Shown piece by piece: positions 1-9,402 of a stretch of DNA of 54,486 nucleotides; the stretch's first letter is position 1, and every line of letters begins with the position of its first letter. The notes under the pieces were generated by a model. That model made no database searches. It saw nothing but the letters and a program-made list of their open reading frames with translations, and had not been told where the DNA came from. The stretch covers positions 1 to 54,486 of the forward strand of contig JACOWY010000006.1 of assembly GCA_016176555.1 (NCBI GenBank), in the 5' to 3' direction. A program made the position numbers and the translations under genes. The DNA comes from Candidatus Chisholmbacteria bacterium (GTDB lineage Bacteria > Patescibacteriota > Microgenomatia > UBA1400 > JACOWY01).

Positions 1-116
1 AAAAAGACATTAATCAGCACGTCACCATCTTAAAAAAAGTGTTTCCCCACGTCACCGCTCACAAAATCCTCAGCAACATCCTGGTATTTTGCTCCCTCAA
101 GGAGTAAAATTAAACA

Positions 117-240
117 CTAAGCACGAAATCCGAAGCACGAAACAAATTCAAAATTCTAACCCCCAAATTAGAAGGTTTTAAACATTAGCGATTTGAATTT
201 AAGTATTGTTTCGAATTTAGGTATTCGAGTTTCGAATTTC
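117..240. repeat. AT-rich imperfect palindrome built from short tandem words (family core CTAAGCACGAAGCACGAAACAA..AAATTCAAA)
   Basis: Left arm ctaagcacgaaatccgaagcacgaaacaaattcaaaat. Right arm atttgaatttaagtattgtttcgaatttagg..ttcgaatttc. Ends 8 nt before the secA ATG. Related copies at 12086, 15455, 42414 and 51563. Confidence 0.7.
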
Positions 241-247
241 ATTTTAT

Positions 248-3139
248 ATGGTTTTCAACTGGCTCTCTAAACTCCTTGATTCCAACCAAAAACAAGTTGA
301 CAAGTTGACTCCTCTTGTCCAAAGCATCAACGAGCTCGAGGGATCATACAAAAAACTTTCAGACAAAGATCTCAAGGCCAAAACCGCCGAATTCAAACAT
401 CGCCTCGAGCGGGAAGAAAGTCTCGATGATATTCTCCCCGAAGCCTTTGCCGCCGTGCGCGAAGCCTCCCGCCGCCACCTCAATCTCAGGCACTTTGACG
501 TTCAGCTGATGGCGGGCATCGTCTTTCACCAAGGCAAAGTGGCTGAGCAAAAAACCGGTGAAGGCAAAACCCTTTCCGCCACCCTCGCTCTCTACCTCAA
601 CGCCCTATCTGGCCAAGGCGTTCACCTGGTTACCGTCAATGACTATCTGGCTGCCCGCGACGCCGGCTGGATGGGCCCCATTTTCTACGCCCTAGGCGTA
701 TCAGTTGGCGTCATCATTCATGACAAAGCCATGCGCTACGATCCCGATTTTACCGACGAATCCGCTCAAGACGATCGCTTGGCTCACCTTGCCCCCATCA
801 CGCGCCAAGAAGCCTACGCAGCCGACATCACCTACGGCACCAACAACGAATTTGGCTTTGATTATCTCAGAGACAACATGGCCCAAGAGCTTGCCCGCAA
901 AGTGCAGCGCGGCCACCATTTCGCCATCGTCGACGAAGTCGACTCCATCCTCATCGACGAAGCCCGCACCCCCTTAATCATTTCCGCTCCCGACATGGAG
1001 CCAACCGAAAAATATTTTACCTTTGCCCAAGAAGTCGACTCCCTCTCTGGAGACACCGACTACGTCGTCGACGAAAAACTGAGAACCGCCAACCTAACCG
1101 ATCACGGCATTCGCAAAATTGAAAAACGCTTGCATGTCGAAAACCTCTACGAAAAAGATTTCGACACCCTCCACCACCTCGAACAAGCCCTCAAAGCCAA
1201 AACCCTTTTCCGCCGCGACACAGAATATGTCGTTAAAGACAACCAAGTCATCATTGTCGACGAGCACACGGGGAGGCTCATGTACGGCCGCCGCTACTCC
1301 GATGGCCTCCATCAAGCCATTGAAGCCAAAGAATCTGTCCCCATTCAGCAAGAATCAAGGACTCTCGCCACCATTTCGCTGCAAAACTACTTTAGGATGT
1401 ACGCCAAACTCGCCGGCATGACCGGTACCGCCGAAACCGAAGCCGAAGAGTTAAATAAAATTTATAAACTCGAAGTCGTCGTCGTCCCCACCAATCAACC
1501 AATCGTCCGCACTGACTCACCCGACGCCGTCTACAAAACCGTCCGCGCCAAATACGCCGCCGTCGTGAAGGAAGTCGAAGAAAAATATAAGAAAGGTCAG
1601 CCGGTCCTCATCGGCACCCGTTCCATCGACCACAACCAAATCATCTCCCAGTTCTTGCGCAAGAAAAAGATTCCTCATAACGTCTTAAACGCCAAGCAGC
1701 ACGAACGCGAAGCCATGATCCTCGCTGAAGCCGGTAAAAAGCAGGCCGTCACCGTGGCCACCAACATTGCCGGCCGCGGCGTCGACATAGTCCTTGGCGG
1801 CGCCACGCCCGACCCTCCTTCCGAATCCTCAAATTCTTCAGCGCCCTCAGACTCTTCAGTGCCTTCAGTGTCTAAAAAAAGCATTCAAGTCGCCACCAAA
1901 CAACATGAAGCAGCCATGACTCAGTGGGAAAAAGACCACCAAGCTGTCGTCAAGCTCGGCGGCCTCCACGTCATCGGCACCGAACGCCATGAATCCAGAC
2001 GCATCGACAACCAGCTGCGGGGTCGCTCGGGCCGCCAAGGCGATCCTGGTTCCTCTAGGTTTTACGTCGCGCTTGAAGACGACATCATGCGCCTCTTCGG
2101 CGGCGACCAGATCGCGAGGTTGATGACGACGTTGAAAATGCCCGAAGACCAACCCCTGGAATCAGGCCTTGTTTCCCGCGCTATCGAACAAGCCCAAACC
2201 AAAGTCGAAGGCTTTTACTTTGATCAAAGAAAGCGCGTCGTCGAATATGACGACGTCATGAACAAGCAGCGGGAAATTATCTACCAGCGCCGCGACCAAA
2301 TTCTCAAAAACAGCGAAGACGAAAATAGTCAAGAACTCAAACAGGAAATTCTCACCAATCTCCAAGCCGAATGCGAGGCCGTTGTCTCTGCTCGCGCCGG
2401 AGACGGTTTTGCCGCGCCGGAGTACGATGGCATTGTCACCGAATTCATCACCATCGTGCCCATGGATGACCAAAGTGCCAAAGAGCTTCGCACTCGCCTT
2501 TTACGCCTCAAAGAGCCAGCCAAAATGATCCAAACTCTGCAGTCTATTGCCGAGGCCGCCTACGATGCTCGCGAAAAAGAACTCACCCCCAAGCTCATGC
2601 GCCAAGTCGAAAAATTTGCCTTTCTCTCGGTCATCGACAATCAATGGATGGATCACCTCGACAACATCGAGGGCTTGAGAGAGGGCATTGGCCTTCGCGG
2701 TTACGCCCAAAAAGATCCTCTCATCGAATACAAAGCCGAAGCCTTTGACATGTTTCAAGCTTTAATGAACCGCATCGACTACGAGATGCTGCGCCGCGTC
2801 TTAAGGATCCAAGTCCAAAAAGCCCCCGAAGTTCTCCCGCCACTTGAACACGCCGTCACCACCAAGGATGACACCGATCTTTTGGAAGGAGCTGCCCAAA
2901 CCCAAACTACCGTTACCTCAGAAGCGGTCAGCCAAGGCAGGGCCTCCACCCAAGATTTTGCCGCTGCCCTCCAATCTCTCGGTCCCACCCCCCAGGAGCG
3001 CTTAGCCCAAGAAGCCAAAGCTAGCGAGAATCCTATCACCGGCAAAACTCGCTATCGCATCGGCCGCAACGACCCCTGCTGGTGTGGCAGCGGAAAAAAA
3101 TGGAAACGGTGTCATTTTCCGGATAAAGGAAAACGATAA
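248..3139 (+). CDS. secA: preprotein translocase ATPase SecA
   Basis: 963-aa ORF with motifs [41 protein letters not shown] and [26 protein letters not shown]-terminal zinc finger [13 protein letters not shown]. Confidence 0.97.
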   Translation: MVFNWLSKLLDSNQKQVDKLTPLVQSINELEGSYKKLSDKDLKAKTAEFKHRLEREESLDDILPEAFAAVREASRRHLNLRHFDVQLMAGIVFHQGKVAEQKTGEGKTLSATLALYLNALSGQGVHLVTVNDYLAARDAGWMGPIFYALGVSVGVIIHDKAMRYDPDFTDESAQDDRLAHLAPITRQEAYAADITYGTNNEFGFDYLRDNMAQELARKVQRGHHFAIVDEVDSILIDEARTPLIISAPDMEPTEKYFTFAQEVDSLSGDTDYVVDEKLRTANLTDHGIRKIEKRLHVENLYEKDFDTLHHLEQALKAKTLFRRDTEYVVKDNQVIIVDEHTGRLMYGRRYSDGLHQAIEAKESVPIQQESRTLATISLQNYFRMYAKLAGMTGTAETEAEELNKIYKLEVVVVPTNQPIVRTDSPDAVYKTVRAKYAAVVKEVEEKYKKGQPVLIGTRSIDHNQIISQFLRKKKIPHNVLNAKQHEREAMILAEAGKKQAVTVATNIAGRGVDIVLGGATPDPPSESSNSSAPSDSSVPSVSKKSIQVATKQHEAAMTQWEKDHQAVVKLGGLHVIGTERHESRRIDNQLRGRSGRQGDPGSSRFYVALEDDIMRLFGGDQIARLMTTLKMPEDQPLESGLVSRAIEQAQTKVEGFYFDQRKRVVEYDDVMNKQREIIYQRRDQILKNSEDENSQELKQEILTNLQAECEAVVSARAGDGFAAPEYDGIVTEFITIVPMDDQSAKELRTRLLRLKEPAKMIQTLQSIAEAAYDAREKELTPKLMRQVEKFAFLSVIDNQWMDHLDNIEGLREGIGLRGYAQKDPLIEYKAEAFDMFQALMNRIDYEMLRRVLRIQVQKAPEVLPPLEHAVTTKDDTDLLEGAAQTQTTVTSEAVSQGRASTQDFAAALQSLGPTPQERLAQEAKASENPITGKTRYRIGRNDPCWCGSGKKWKRCHFPDKGKR

Positions 3140-3208
3140 AAAATGTTTACCCTGAGCGAACTTGTCCTGAGCGAAGTCGAAGGAGTCGAAGGGCCACTAT
3201 CCCGATAA

Positions 3209-3314
3209 AGGCAACCGCTAAACTACCATGACTGCCCGCACTCACGACGCCATCGCTTTTGAGGCAACCGCTAAACTACCATGACTGCCCGCACTCACGA
3301 CGCCATCGCTTTTG
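3209..3314 (+). repeat. perfect tandem duplication (2 x 53 bp) carrying a copy of the first ~36 nt of the CDS at 6966
   Basis: aggcaaccgctaaactaccATGACTGCCCGCACTCACGACGCCATCGCTTTTG occurs at 3209-3261 and again at 3262-3314. The ATG-containing part matches 6966-7001 with 2 mismatches. Confidence 0.92.
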
Positions 3315-3365
3315 CCCCTTCTCCCTAGAAGATAGCAAGGATACAGAAGCTAGGTCAAGAAATCC

Positions 3366-3395
3366 TTGCTATTACTTTTCCTGTGTGTCTATACT
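3366..3395 (+). promoter_or_regulatory. putative sigma70-type promoter for the 3417-6563 operon
   Basis: TTGCTA (3366-3371), 18-nt spacer, TATACT (3390-3395), about 20 nt upstream of the ATG at 3417. Confidence 0.4.
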
Positions 3396-3416
3396 TAAAT
3401 TGCGAGCAGAATCAAA

Positions 3417-4607
3417 ATGAAAAAACTCATTCTATCTGCATTCTGGTTAGCTTTATTCTCCTGGTTCGGAGTTTTCTTTCTTCCCAGTCAGGTTCAGGCT
3501 AAACCCAAGAGAATCACGTGTGAAGAGTGGATACAAATTGGAAGCTCTCCTGAATGTAAATATTTTGCCCATTATGATCCTACCAATAAAGATTCCTCAC
3601 TTGGCCATGAGACTTATTGCTTTTCAGATCCAGTGACAATTGATGAAAGCGGGACTTCCTACGATAAAGAAATGAACTCCCGACCTCCCGATTATATTGC
3701 GGATTTTGACTGGTGGACATGCGGATTCGCAGCCAGCTCGAGTGCCGAAATGACTAGCCCCCCAAAGACTACTTCTGGTCAGAATTCTCTCGATTGTAAG
3801 GTTTTACTTGAAGAGCTTCGCGGTGAACCCTCTCGTTTTTGGTTTGACCAGCTGGGGGGTACGTATGAGGTGCAAAAGCAAATAATTGAAAGAAAAAATG
3901 GCGATTATTGCGATTTTATTCAAAAATTGGGTGAAGGTGATGAGAACTCGATAAGGCTTGATAAAAGCGTCAGAATAACCTATCTTGATCCTCCACCTGA
4001 CCAAATTCCTCTACCACAAGATGAAGATTTTGAAGTCCTCAATTCAGATAGTAAAACTTATAGCGGTGTTAAAGTCAGTGGACAAAATCGAGATGTAATG
4101 AGTAGCGCCGAATATCGTTACAAAGCTATTGGTATCAATTATGGAAAAGCGGGGAGCCTTTTAGGAAACTGTCTCATTGAAGTTACGCACTTACAAGACT
4201 TCGATATCGAGTCTCAGAATTCGAAGAACACTAATTCAAAAGAAGAGCTTAGGGATTACGTAATTACTTCATATGTTAATGAAGTTAAAGACCAGAGAGA
4301 CAACGTGGTTGAAAACTCCAAGCTTCAAAAGTTTTGCGGCGGAACTAGTGGAAATGTGGCCAACTCCATATTTAGCTCGATGTCTGGGTTTTTCTCCAAC
4401 CTGTTTAACTCGATATTAAACATATTTAGACCAACTTCTCCATCAACTCTGGGTGTCACTACCTCCAGTCAAAAAGAGGCGTCTCGACAATTTTCGCCGC
4501 TGATTGTGGTCATCATTGTCGTCGGCATGCTCGTTTGGTTGATAAAAGGGCAAAAGCCATCTTCCCGAAAAAAGTCGAAACGATCTAAGAGATCAAAGAG
4601 AAGATAA
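3417..4607 (+). CDS. hypothetical secreted protein with C-terminal TM anchor and Lys/Arg/Ser tail
   Basis: N-terminal signal peptide MKKLILSAFWLALFSWFGVFFLPSQVQA. C-terminal LIVVIIVVGMLVWLI followed by KKSKRSKRSKRR. No recognised domain. The segment is visibly AT-richer than its flanks. Confidence 0.75.
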   Translation: MKKLILSAFWLALFSWFGVFFLPSQVQAKPKRITCEEWIQIGSSPECKYFAHYDPTNKDSSLGHETYCFSDPVTIDESGTSYDKEMNSRPPDYIADFDWWTCGFAASSSAEMTSPPKTTSGQNSLDCKVLLEELRGEPSRFWFDQLGGTYEVQKQIIERKNGDYCDFIQKLGEGDENSIRLDKSVRITYLDPPPDQIPLPQDEDFEVLNSDSKTYSGVKVSGQNRDVMSSAEYRYKAIGINYGKAGSLLGNCLIEVTHLQDFDIESQNSKNTNSKEELRDYVITSYVNEVKDQRDNVVENSKLQKFCGGTSGNVANSIFSSMSGFFSNLFNSILNIFRPTSPSTLGVTTSSQKEASRQFSPLIVVIIVVGMLVWLIKGQKPSSRKKSKRSKRSKRR

Positions 4608-4786
4608 TGCCAACTGCGTTTTTTTGGATTGCCTGGGGACTCATTTCTTTTTGGGCGCTAAAAACGTTTTACTATTCCTTTTCCAAAGAAAAGCTTGAAA
4701 AGTTACGCCAAGCCGCACTCGGCATAAATGTTGCCGTATTGATTTTATTGTTATTCTGCTTTTATTTTCGAGCGCGTTTCTCTTGA
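4607..4786 (+). CDS. small two-TM membrane protein (59 aa; below the ORF-track cutoff)
   Basis: The ATG overlaps the upstream stop (TAATG at 4605-4609). Translation is MPTAFFWIAWGLISFWALKTFYYSFSKEKLEKLRQAALGINVAVLILLLFCFYFRARFS. Its stop overlaps the next ATG (TGATG). Confidence 0.5.
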   Translation: MPTAFFWIAWGLISFWALKTFYYSFSKEKLEKLRQAALGINVAVLILLLFCFYFRARFS

Positions 4787-5001
4787 TGAGAGATTTATCA
4801 CTTCTTAAAACTGCTGCGATTGGAACGATTATAAATACATTTCTCCTTTTTATCCTCATGTATCAGCTTCGCCCGAACACGTTTGTTTTGACACTTTACG
4901 ATATGGCGCCAATTGTGGCCATTTTGTTTTTACTTGTTAATGATGTTGTGGTTCTACTTCTCTGGCAACAATTACAGTTGAAAAGCGGGAGGCTGAAATG
5001 A
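4786..5001 (+). CDS. small membrane protein (71 aa)
   Basis: The ATG at 4786 overlaps the previous TGA. Two hydrophobic helices. The stop overlaps the next ATG (ATGA at 4998-5001). Confidence 0.55.
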   Translation: MRDLSLLKTAAIGTIINTFLLFILMYQLRPNTFVLTLYDMAPIVAILFLLVNDVVVLLLWQQLQLKSGRLK

Positions 5002-6563
5002 AAAGAACAATAATATCATTAATTCTTGTCTTCTTTTTTGCTCTTTTTTTGCCTAATCGTATTTTTGCAGATTACACCCAAGATCTTGATGCTTGCCATA
5101 AAATATTGTCAAAATCTTCTTCTGATGAATATTGCACTTTACATATTAATGCTGAATTTGAAGGCAATGTGGGAAGTTCTAAATTGTACATTGCAAATGC
5201 CTATATTTATCCCGAATCGGGAGTAGGGCAAGCAACAAAATCATTAGAAGAAAAATATAAAAGTAGGCTTAAACAATGGCAATCTCCAGAGGACAGTGGG
5301 ATTTTGGATTCGAGAGAAAGGGAGCTATACAAAAAAGTAATTGAGGAAGCAGGGCCGGACAATATGAGATTTCTAATCAAGCAAATTCCGGATGAAGGAT
5401 TCTATACAATAGGGAAAAACATTGTCTATGATTTTAGAATTTATCTTTATATGCAGCAGGGAGTATGTGTTATTGTGATGGACGGAGGTGCAGGCAGGGG
5501 GTATATAAAGAACCAGAACAACAGATTTGACGACGTTGATGGCGATATCGAGAAGCTGAAAAAAGAATCAATTGTCTACATGAATAAAGTAGGCAACGAC
5601 CTTACAAATAACTGTAAAAAGGATACCAAAAGTGATTTTCAAAAAGTGGCAGAGTCTGATTTTGAGATTGTGTACCCTGTCCCTGCCGATCTGGCTTCTC
5701 CAAAGCAGGCTGCCGAGTCGGTGGTGATGACATCCGGAACAAAGTTATTCTTAGGCGTGGTGGGCGGCGGCGGGGAAGTTTTGGTGGAGTTTCCAAACGG
5801 GGACGACGTTACCGTTGAAGAAAAACAGGCAATTGATATTAAGTTTGGAGATTTATGGAAGGAGTGGAGATTTTTTAACCGGTTCCCCCAGAATAACTGG
5901 AAAGGCCATGTAACTGTACAGGAGGTTGATTGCCATATTTTGCTTGCGCAAGAAAAACAGGATCAAGAGACGTTGCAACGGCTTGGTGAAATCCGAAGCG
6001 CAAACCGCTACGATCTGGGTGACACGCTGATCATTAAATCAATAGGCGACTGTAGTTATATCAATGAAGGCGGGCCTGTTAGGGCGCTGGTTGAACAGGG
6101 AGAAGTAACTATTAAAACAACGGGTGGCGTTTCCATATCCACACAGAAAGCTGACTTTGGCATAGGCTATGATACCGCTTCCGGACAATCAATTATTGAA
6201 ATCTACCATGGGTCGGCGACAGTTTCGAACCAATCCGGACAATCAAAAAATATCTCTACGGTTTATGGATCCCAGATCAATCGAATTGAGGTTAGCCAAG
6301 ATGGAGCCATGACAGAAAAAATTGCCATTCCGGGGTCCGAGTGGGAAGCATTTTTAGCAAGCCAACAGACAGAAACAGAAAGTAAAAGCAGTGGAAATGC
6401 TCTGCCTATCCTGGTAGCAATTATTGTTTTAGGAATAGGAGGAACTGTTTTCTTCCTCTACAGGAAAGGAAAGCTTATGCCGCTTTATAGAATATCGATT
6501 CAAAAGATTTCTGAACTGATGAGAAAAACGAGTAAGAACAATAAGAGGCAGGAAACTGATTAA
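4998..6563 (+). CDS. hypothetical secreted protein with C-terminal TM anchor
   Basis: Signal peptide MKRTIISLILVFFFALFLPNRIFA. C-terminal LPILVAIIVLGIGGTVFFLY followed by a basic tail. No recognised catalytic motif. Confidence 0.75.
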   Translation: MKRTIISLILVFFFALFLPNRIFADYTQDLDACHKILSKSSSDEYCTLHINAEFEGNVGSSKLYIANAYIYPESGVGQATKSLEEKYKSRLKQWQSPEDSGILDSRERELYKKVIEEAGPDNMRFLIKQIPDEGFYTIGKNIVYDFRIYLYMQQGVCVIVMDGGAGRGYIKNQNNRFDDVDGDIEKLKKESIVYMNKVGNDLTNNCKKDTKSDFQKVAESDFEIVYPVPADLASPKQAAESVVMTSGTKLFLGVVGGGGEVLVEFPNGDDVTVEEKQAIDIKFGDLWKEWRFFNRFPQNNWKGHVTVQEVDCHILLAQEKQDQETLQRLGEIRSANRYDLGDTLIIKSIGDCSYINEGGPVRALVEQGEVTIKTTGGVSISTQKADFGIGYDTASGQSIIEIYHGSATVSNQSGQSKNISTVYGSQINRIEVSQDGAMTEKIAIPGSEWEAFLASQQTETESKSSGNALPILVAIIVLGIGGTVFFLYRKGKLMPLYRISIQKISELMRKTSKNNKRQETD

Positions 6564-6567
6564 ACTT

Positions 6568-6906
6568 CTAAAACTTTTTCTTTACTTCACCAGTCGCTTT
6601 ATCCACCGTATACCAATTAAACGTCGCCGTGTGTCCATCCTTGATTTCATACACTTGCACCATATAGGCATTCTCTTCCTCGCCATTAACGTCCACTAAT
6701 CCATTTGGCACCTCTTTAAGATAATCCTTCACTTCGGGCATCTCCTTGACCATCCTCACCGCGTCTACTTCAGAAACCCCCGATTGAGGCGACTGAGGCT
6801 GAGGCGCTTGGGGCTTTCTTAAAAGAACAAAGACACCGATTGTTGCCATCACCGCCAGTGGCAGAAGTACTTTCTTTATTGATTTTGCCCACCCCTTTTG
6901 CATCAT
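6568..6906 (-). CDS. membrane-anchored PepSY-like small protein
   Basis: N-terminal TM segment LLPLAVMATIGVFVLL. The C-terminal part (..YMVQVYEIKDGHTATFNWYTVDKATGEV) resembles a PepSY fold signature. Confidence 0.55.
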   Translation of the reverse strand: MMQKGWAKSIKKVLLPLAVMATIGVFVLLRKPQAPQPQSPQSGVSEVDAVRMVKEMPEVKDYLKEVPNGLVDVNGEEENAYMVQVYEIKDGHTATFNWYTVDKATGEVKKKF

Positions 6907-6965
6907 GTGATAAGTTTAAGATGTACTTCTATACCCTATACCCTAATCCCTAAACCCTATCATAC

Positions 6966-7538
6966 ATGACTGCCCGCACCCACGACGCCATTGCTTTTGC
7001 CTCCCTGGTCACCGCTGCCACCCTCTACCCACCGGCGAGCTTAAATCTCTACACCCTCTTTGCCGCCATCATCGGCAACAACATCGGCGCCCTCATTCCC
7101 GACATCGATCAAGCCAGCAACCGCTTGTGGGATCTCGTCCCCGGTGGTGACCGCATAGACAAAGTCTTAAGTCGCCTTTTTTACAAACACCGCACCCTTA
7201 CTCATTCATTACTAGGTCTATTTCTCATCTTTAAATCACTTGAATGGCTCTTGCCCCGGCTTCTCAATGAAGCGTTTGTCAACGTTGACCTCGTCTTTTG
7301 GTCTATCATCATCGGTTACGCCTCGCATTTAGTTGCCGACGCCTTTACTAAAGAAGGCTTGCCCTTACTTTTTCCCTTAAAAATCAAAATCGGCCTTCCA
7401 CCTATCAAAGCATTCCGCCTCACCACTGACAGTTGGGTCGAGCGCCTCGTTGTGCTGCCGGGAGTTGCCATTTATCTCTTTTGGTTTATCAACCAAAATA
7501 AAGCTACCCTGCTTGCACTTTTACACCAAATTCGCTAG
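6966..7538 (+). CDS. DUF457/YdjM-like membrane-bound metal-dependent hydrolase
   Basis: 190 aa, multi-TM, with the His/Asp pattern THDAIAF..IPDIDQ..RTLTHS..ASHLVADAFT typical of the family. Confidence 0.7.
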   Translation: MTARTHDAIAFASLVTAATLYPPASLNLYTLFAAIIGNNIGALIPDIDQASNRLWDLVPGGDRIDKVLSRLFYKHRTLTHSLLGLFLIFKSLEWLLPRLLNEAFVNVDLVFWSIIIGYASHLVADAFTKEGLPLLFPLKIKIGLPPIKAFRLTTDSWVERLVVLPGVAIYLFWFINQNKATLLALLHQIR

Positions 7539-7878
7539 ACCCTAAATGACAGAACTAAAAAGAGAAGAAGAATTTAAGTATCAGATCCATCCTAACTCTT
7601 GGGCCCGAGCGGTTGCCAGATCAACTTGTCGAGTAAATTCCCGCCCAGCCTCTCGCAAACTAATTCTTTCCAAATTGTAGCTTGTTTCTATCACTTGCAG
7701 TACTGCAATTATAGTCAGAGCAAAGGGGTCACCCTCTGCTTCAGCCCTACTTAACTCTCTAGCTAATTCACGAACCTCTTCTTCATAAGCCATACAGCGA
7801 AGTGGCAATTATATCAAATGATTGCCATCCACGGCCACCAGCAAACCCTGCTTGCACTTTTACACCAAATTCGCTAGA
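7506..7878. repeat. 339-bp cassette bounded by perfect 34-bp direct repeats (7506-7539 and 7845-7878)
   Basis: accctgcttgcacttttacaccaaattcgctaga occurs twice. The first copy is the true 3' end, including the stop codon, of the DUF457-like gene. Confidence 0.9.
7581..7793 (-). CDS. hypothetical 70-aa helical protein inside the 34-bp-repeat cassette
   Basis: ATG at 7793 (MAYEEEVRELARELSRAEAEG...), 14 nt downstream of an extended -10 (TGATATAAT, minus strand, 7816-7808). The track start at 7808 is a TTG lying inside that -10. Confidence 0.5.
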   Translation of the reverse strand: MAYEEEVRELARELSRAEAEGDPFALTIIAVLQVIETSYNLERISLREAGREFTRQVDLATARAQELGWI

Positions 7879-7890
7879 ACAAAGATCAAG

Positions 7891-8469
7891 ATGGCTGTTC
7901 AATCCACCATGCTTAAGCTAGGGACCCCCGCTCCCGACTTTAGTCTCACCGACGTTGGTTCCGGTACCACTGTTTCGCTGCAGGATTTTGCCGCCAAAAA
8001 AGCCCTCTTAGTCATGTTTATCTGCCGCCATTGTCCCTACGTCAAACACGTCGAGGCAGAACTAACTCGCCTTGGTAACGAATATCTCCACAAAGGCTTC
8101 GCCGTCGTCGCCATCTCCGCCAACGACCCCGATCAGTATCCCGACGACAGCCCCGCAAATCTCGACGAACAAGCCAAACGGCTCGGGTTTAAGTTTCCCT
8201 ATCTTTTTGACGCCAGCCAACAGGTCGCCAAAGCCTACACCGCCGCCTGCACCCCCGATTTGTTTCTGTTCGACCAGCAAAGAAAGCTCGTCTACCGCGG
8301 GGAGCTGGACGATAGCCGCCCTGGCAACAACGTTCCCGTCACTGGTCAAGACCTCCGCGCCGCCATTGAGGCCGTCCTCGCCGGCCAACCCGTCTCCCCG
8401 AACCAAAAACCTTCCATCGGCTGCAGCATCAAATGGAAACCCGGCACCGCTCCACACTACGCTCAATAA
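7891..8469 (+). CDS. thioredoxin-fold redoxin (AhpC/TSA / TlpA-like) protein
   Basis: MAVQSTMLKLGTPAPDFSL..ALLVMFICRHCPYVKH (CxxC motif). The 23-codon N-terminal extension in the track (from 7822) runs through the duplicated 34-bp repeat and is probably not translated. Confidence 0.85.
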   Translation: MAVQSTMLKLGTPAPDFSLTDVGSGTTVSLQDFAAKKALLVMFICRHCPYVKHVEAELTRLGNEYLHKGFAVVAISANDPDQYPDDSPANLDEQAKRLGFKFPYLFDASQQVAKAYTAACTPDLFLFDQQRKLVYRGELDDSRPGNNVPVTGQDLRAAIEAVLAGQPVSPNQKPSIGCSIKWKPGTAPHYAQ

Positions 8470-8629
8470 ATAAAGAAAAAACTGCCATAATGTACCCAAC
8501 CTTAACCCATTTAAATCGGGAAAAACTTACATACAGCACAGTACTTAAGTAATTAAACTATGGGAGTAATTCATCCACCGTGGCAGTAAGGTAGGTTGAA
8601 AAATACTTATCTCGTGCTAAACTAGGCTT

Positions 8630-9286
8630 ATGAAAGTCCGTGGCCCGCGCTTTAAGCTCGTTCCAATTGTCGCCTTTGTACTATTAGGAGTACTCGCCCT
8701 TCAAATTCCCTTCACCAAACTCCTAGGCGCCGACGTTCGCTTTACCCTCTTTGACCTCTTTGCTCCGATAGCCGGCAAACTCTTTGCTCCGGTGTTGGGC
8801 GTATTCGGAGTCTTCATTGCCTTACTTGTCGATTTTCTGTTGCACGGAGCGAGTCTCACTGTCGGCAGCCTCATTCGCTTCTTCCCCACCCTCTTCGCCG
8901 TTTGGTACTTTGGCAGCCGTAAACACACCTCATCCCTCATTGCTGTAGCGGCCATCATCGCCTTTAACCTCCACCCCATCGGCCGCACCGTTTGGTTCTA
9001 TAGCCTTTTTTGGACCATTCCTCTCATCATGTCCTACTTTAAAAACAAACATGTCCTCGCTCGTGCCTTAGGCAGCACCTTCACCGCCCACGCCGTCGGC
9101 GGCGCTTTGTGGATTTGGGCCTTTAATCTTCCCGCCGCCACCTGGATTAGCCTCATCCCCATCGTCATTCTCGAGCGGTCGGTTTTCACCCTCGGCATCG
9201 CTGGTAGCTATTTACTGGTGACCAAAATTCAGGCCGAACTAAAAAAGCAGCATCTCCCCGGTTTTCTCCAAGCATTCTTCAAGTAG
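8630..9286 (+). CDS. polytopic membrane protein, function unknown (possibly an ECF-type substrate-capture component)
   Basis: 218 aa with about 6 hydrophobic helices. No diagnostic motif. Confidence 0.55.
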   Translation: MKVRGPRFKLVPIVAFVLLGVLALQIPFTKLLGADVRFTLFDLFAPIAGKLFAPVLGVFGVFIALLVDFLLHGASLTVGSLIRFFPTLFAVWYFGSRKHTSSLIAVAAIIAFNLHPIGRTVWFYSLFWTIPLIMSYFKNKHVLARALGSTFTAHAVGGALWIWAFNLPAATWISLIPIVILERSVFTLGIAGSYLLVTKIQAELKKQHLPGFLQAFFK

Positions 9287-9402
9287 CTTATTCGAGTTTG
9301 GTTGAAAACCACGGGCTTTAGCCGTGGTGGTTCAGGCACTTCCACTCCGGGAGTGGAACTCTTATGATAATTTAAGTTTGGGTTCCACTCCCGGAGTGAA
9401 AC

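Noticed and set aside
8062-8499. 145-aa minus-strand and 133-aa plus-strand ORFs overlapping the redoxin gene.
   Set aside because: They are alternative frames of a gene with clear thioredoxin-fold motifs. Both are Pro/Gly/Ala-rich shadow ORFs.
8470-8629. A possible riboswitch upstream of the polytopic membrane protein at 8630.
   Set aside because: I could not match preQ1, TPP, FMN or other conserved riboswitch cores by eye. There is only weak hairpin potential.
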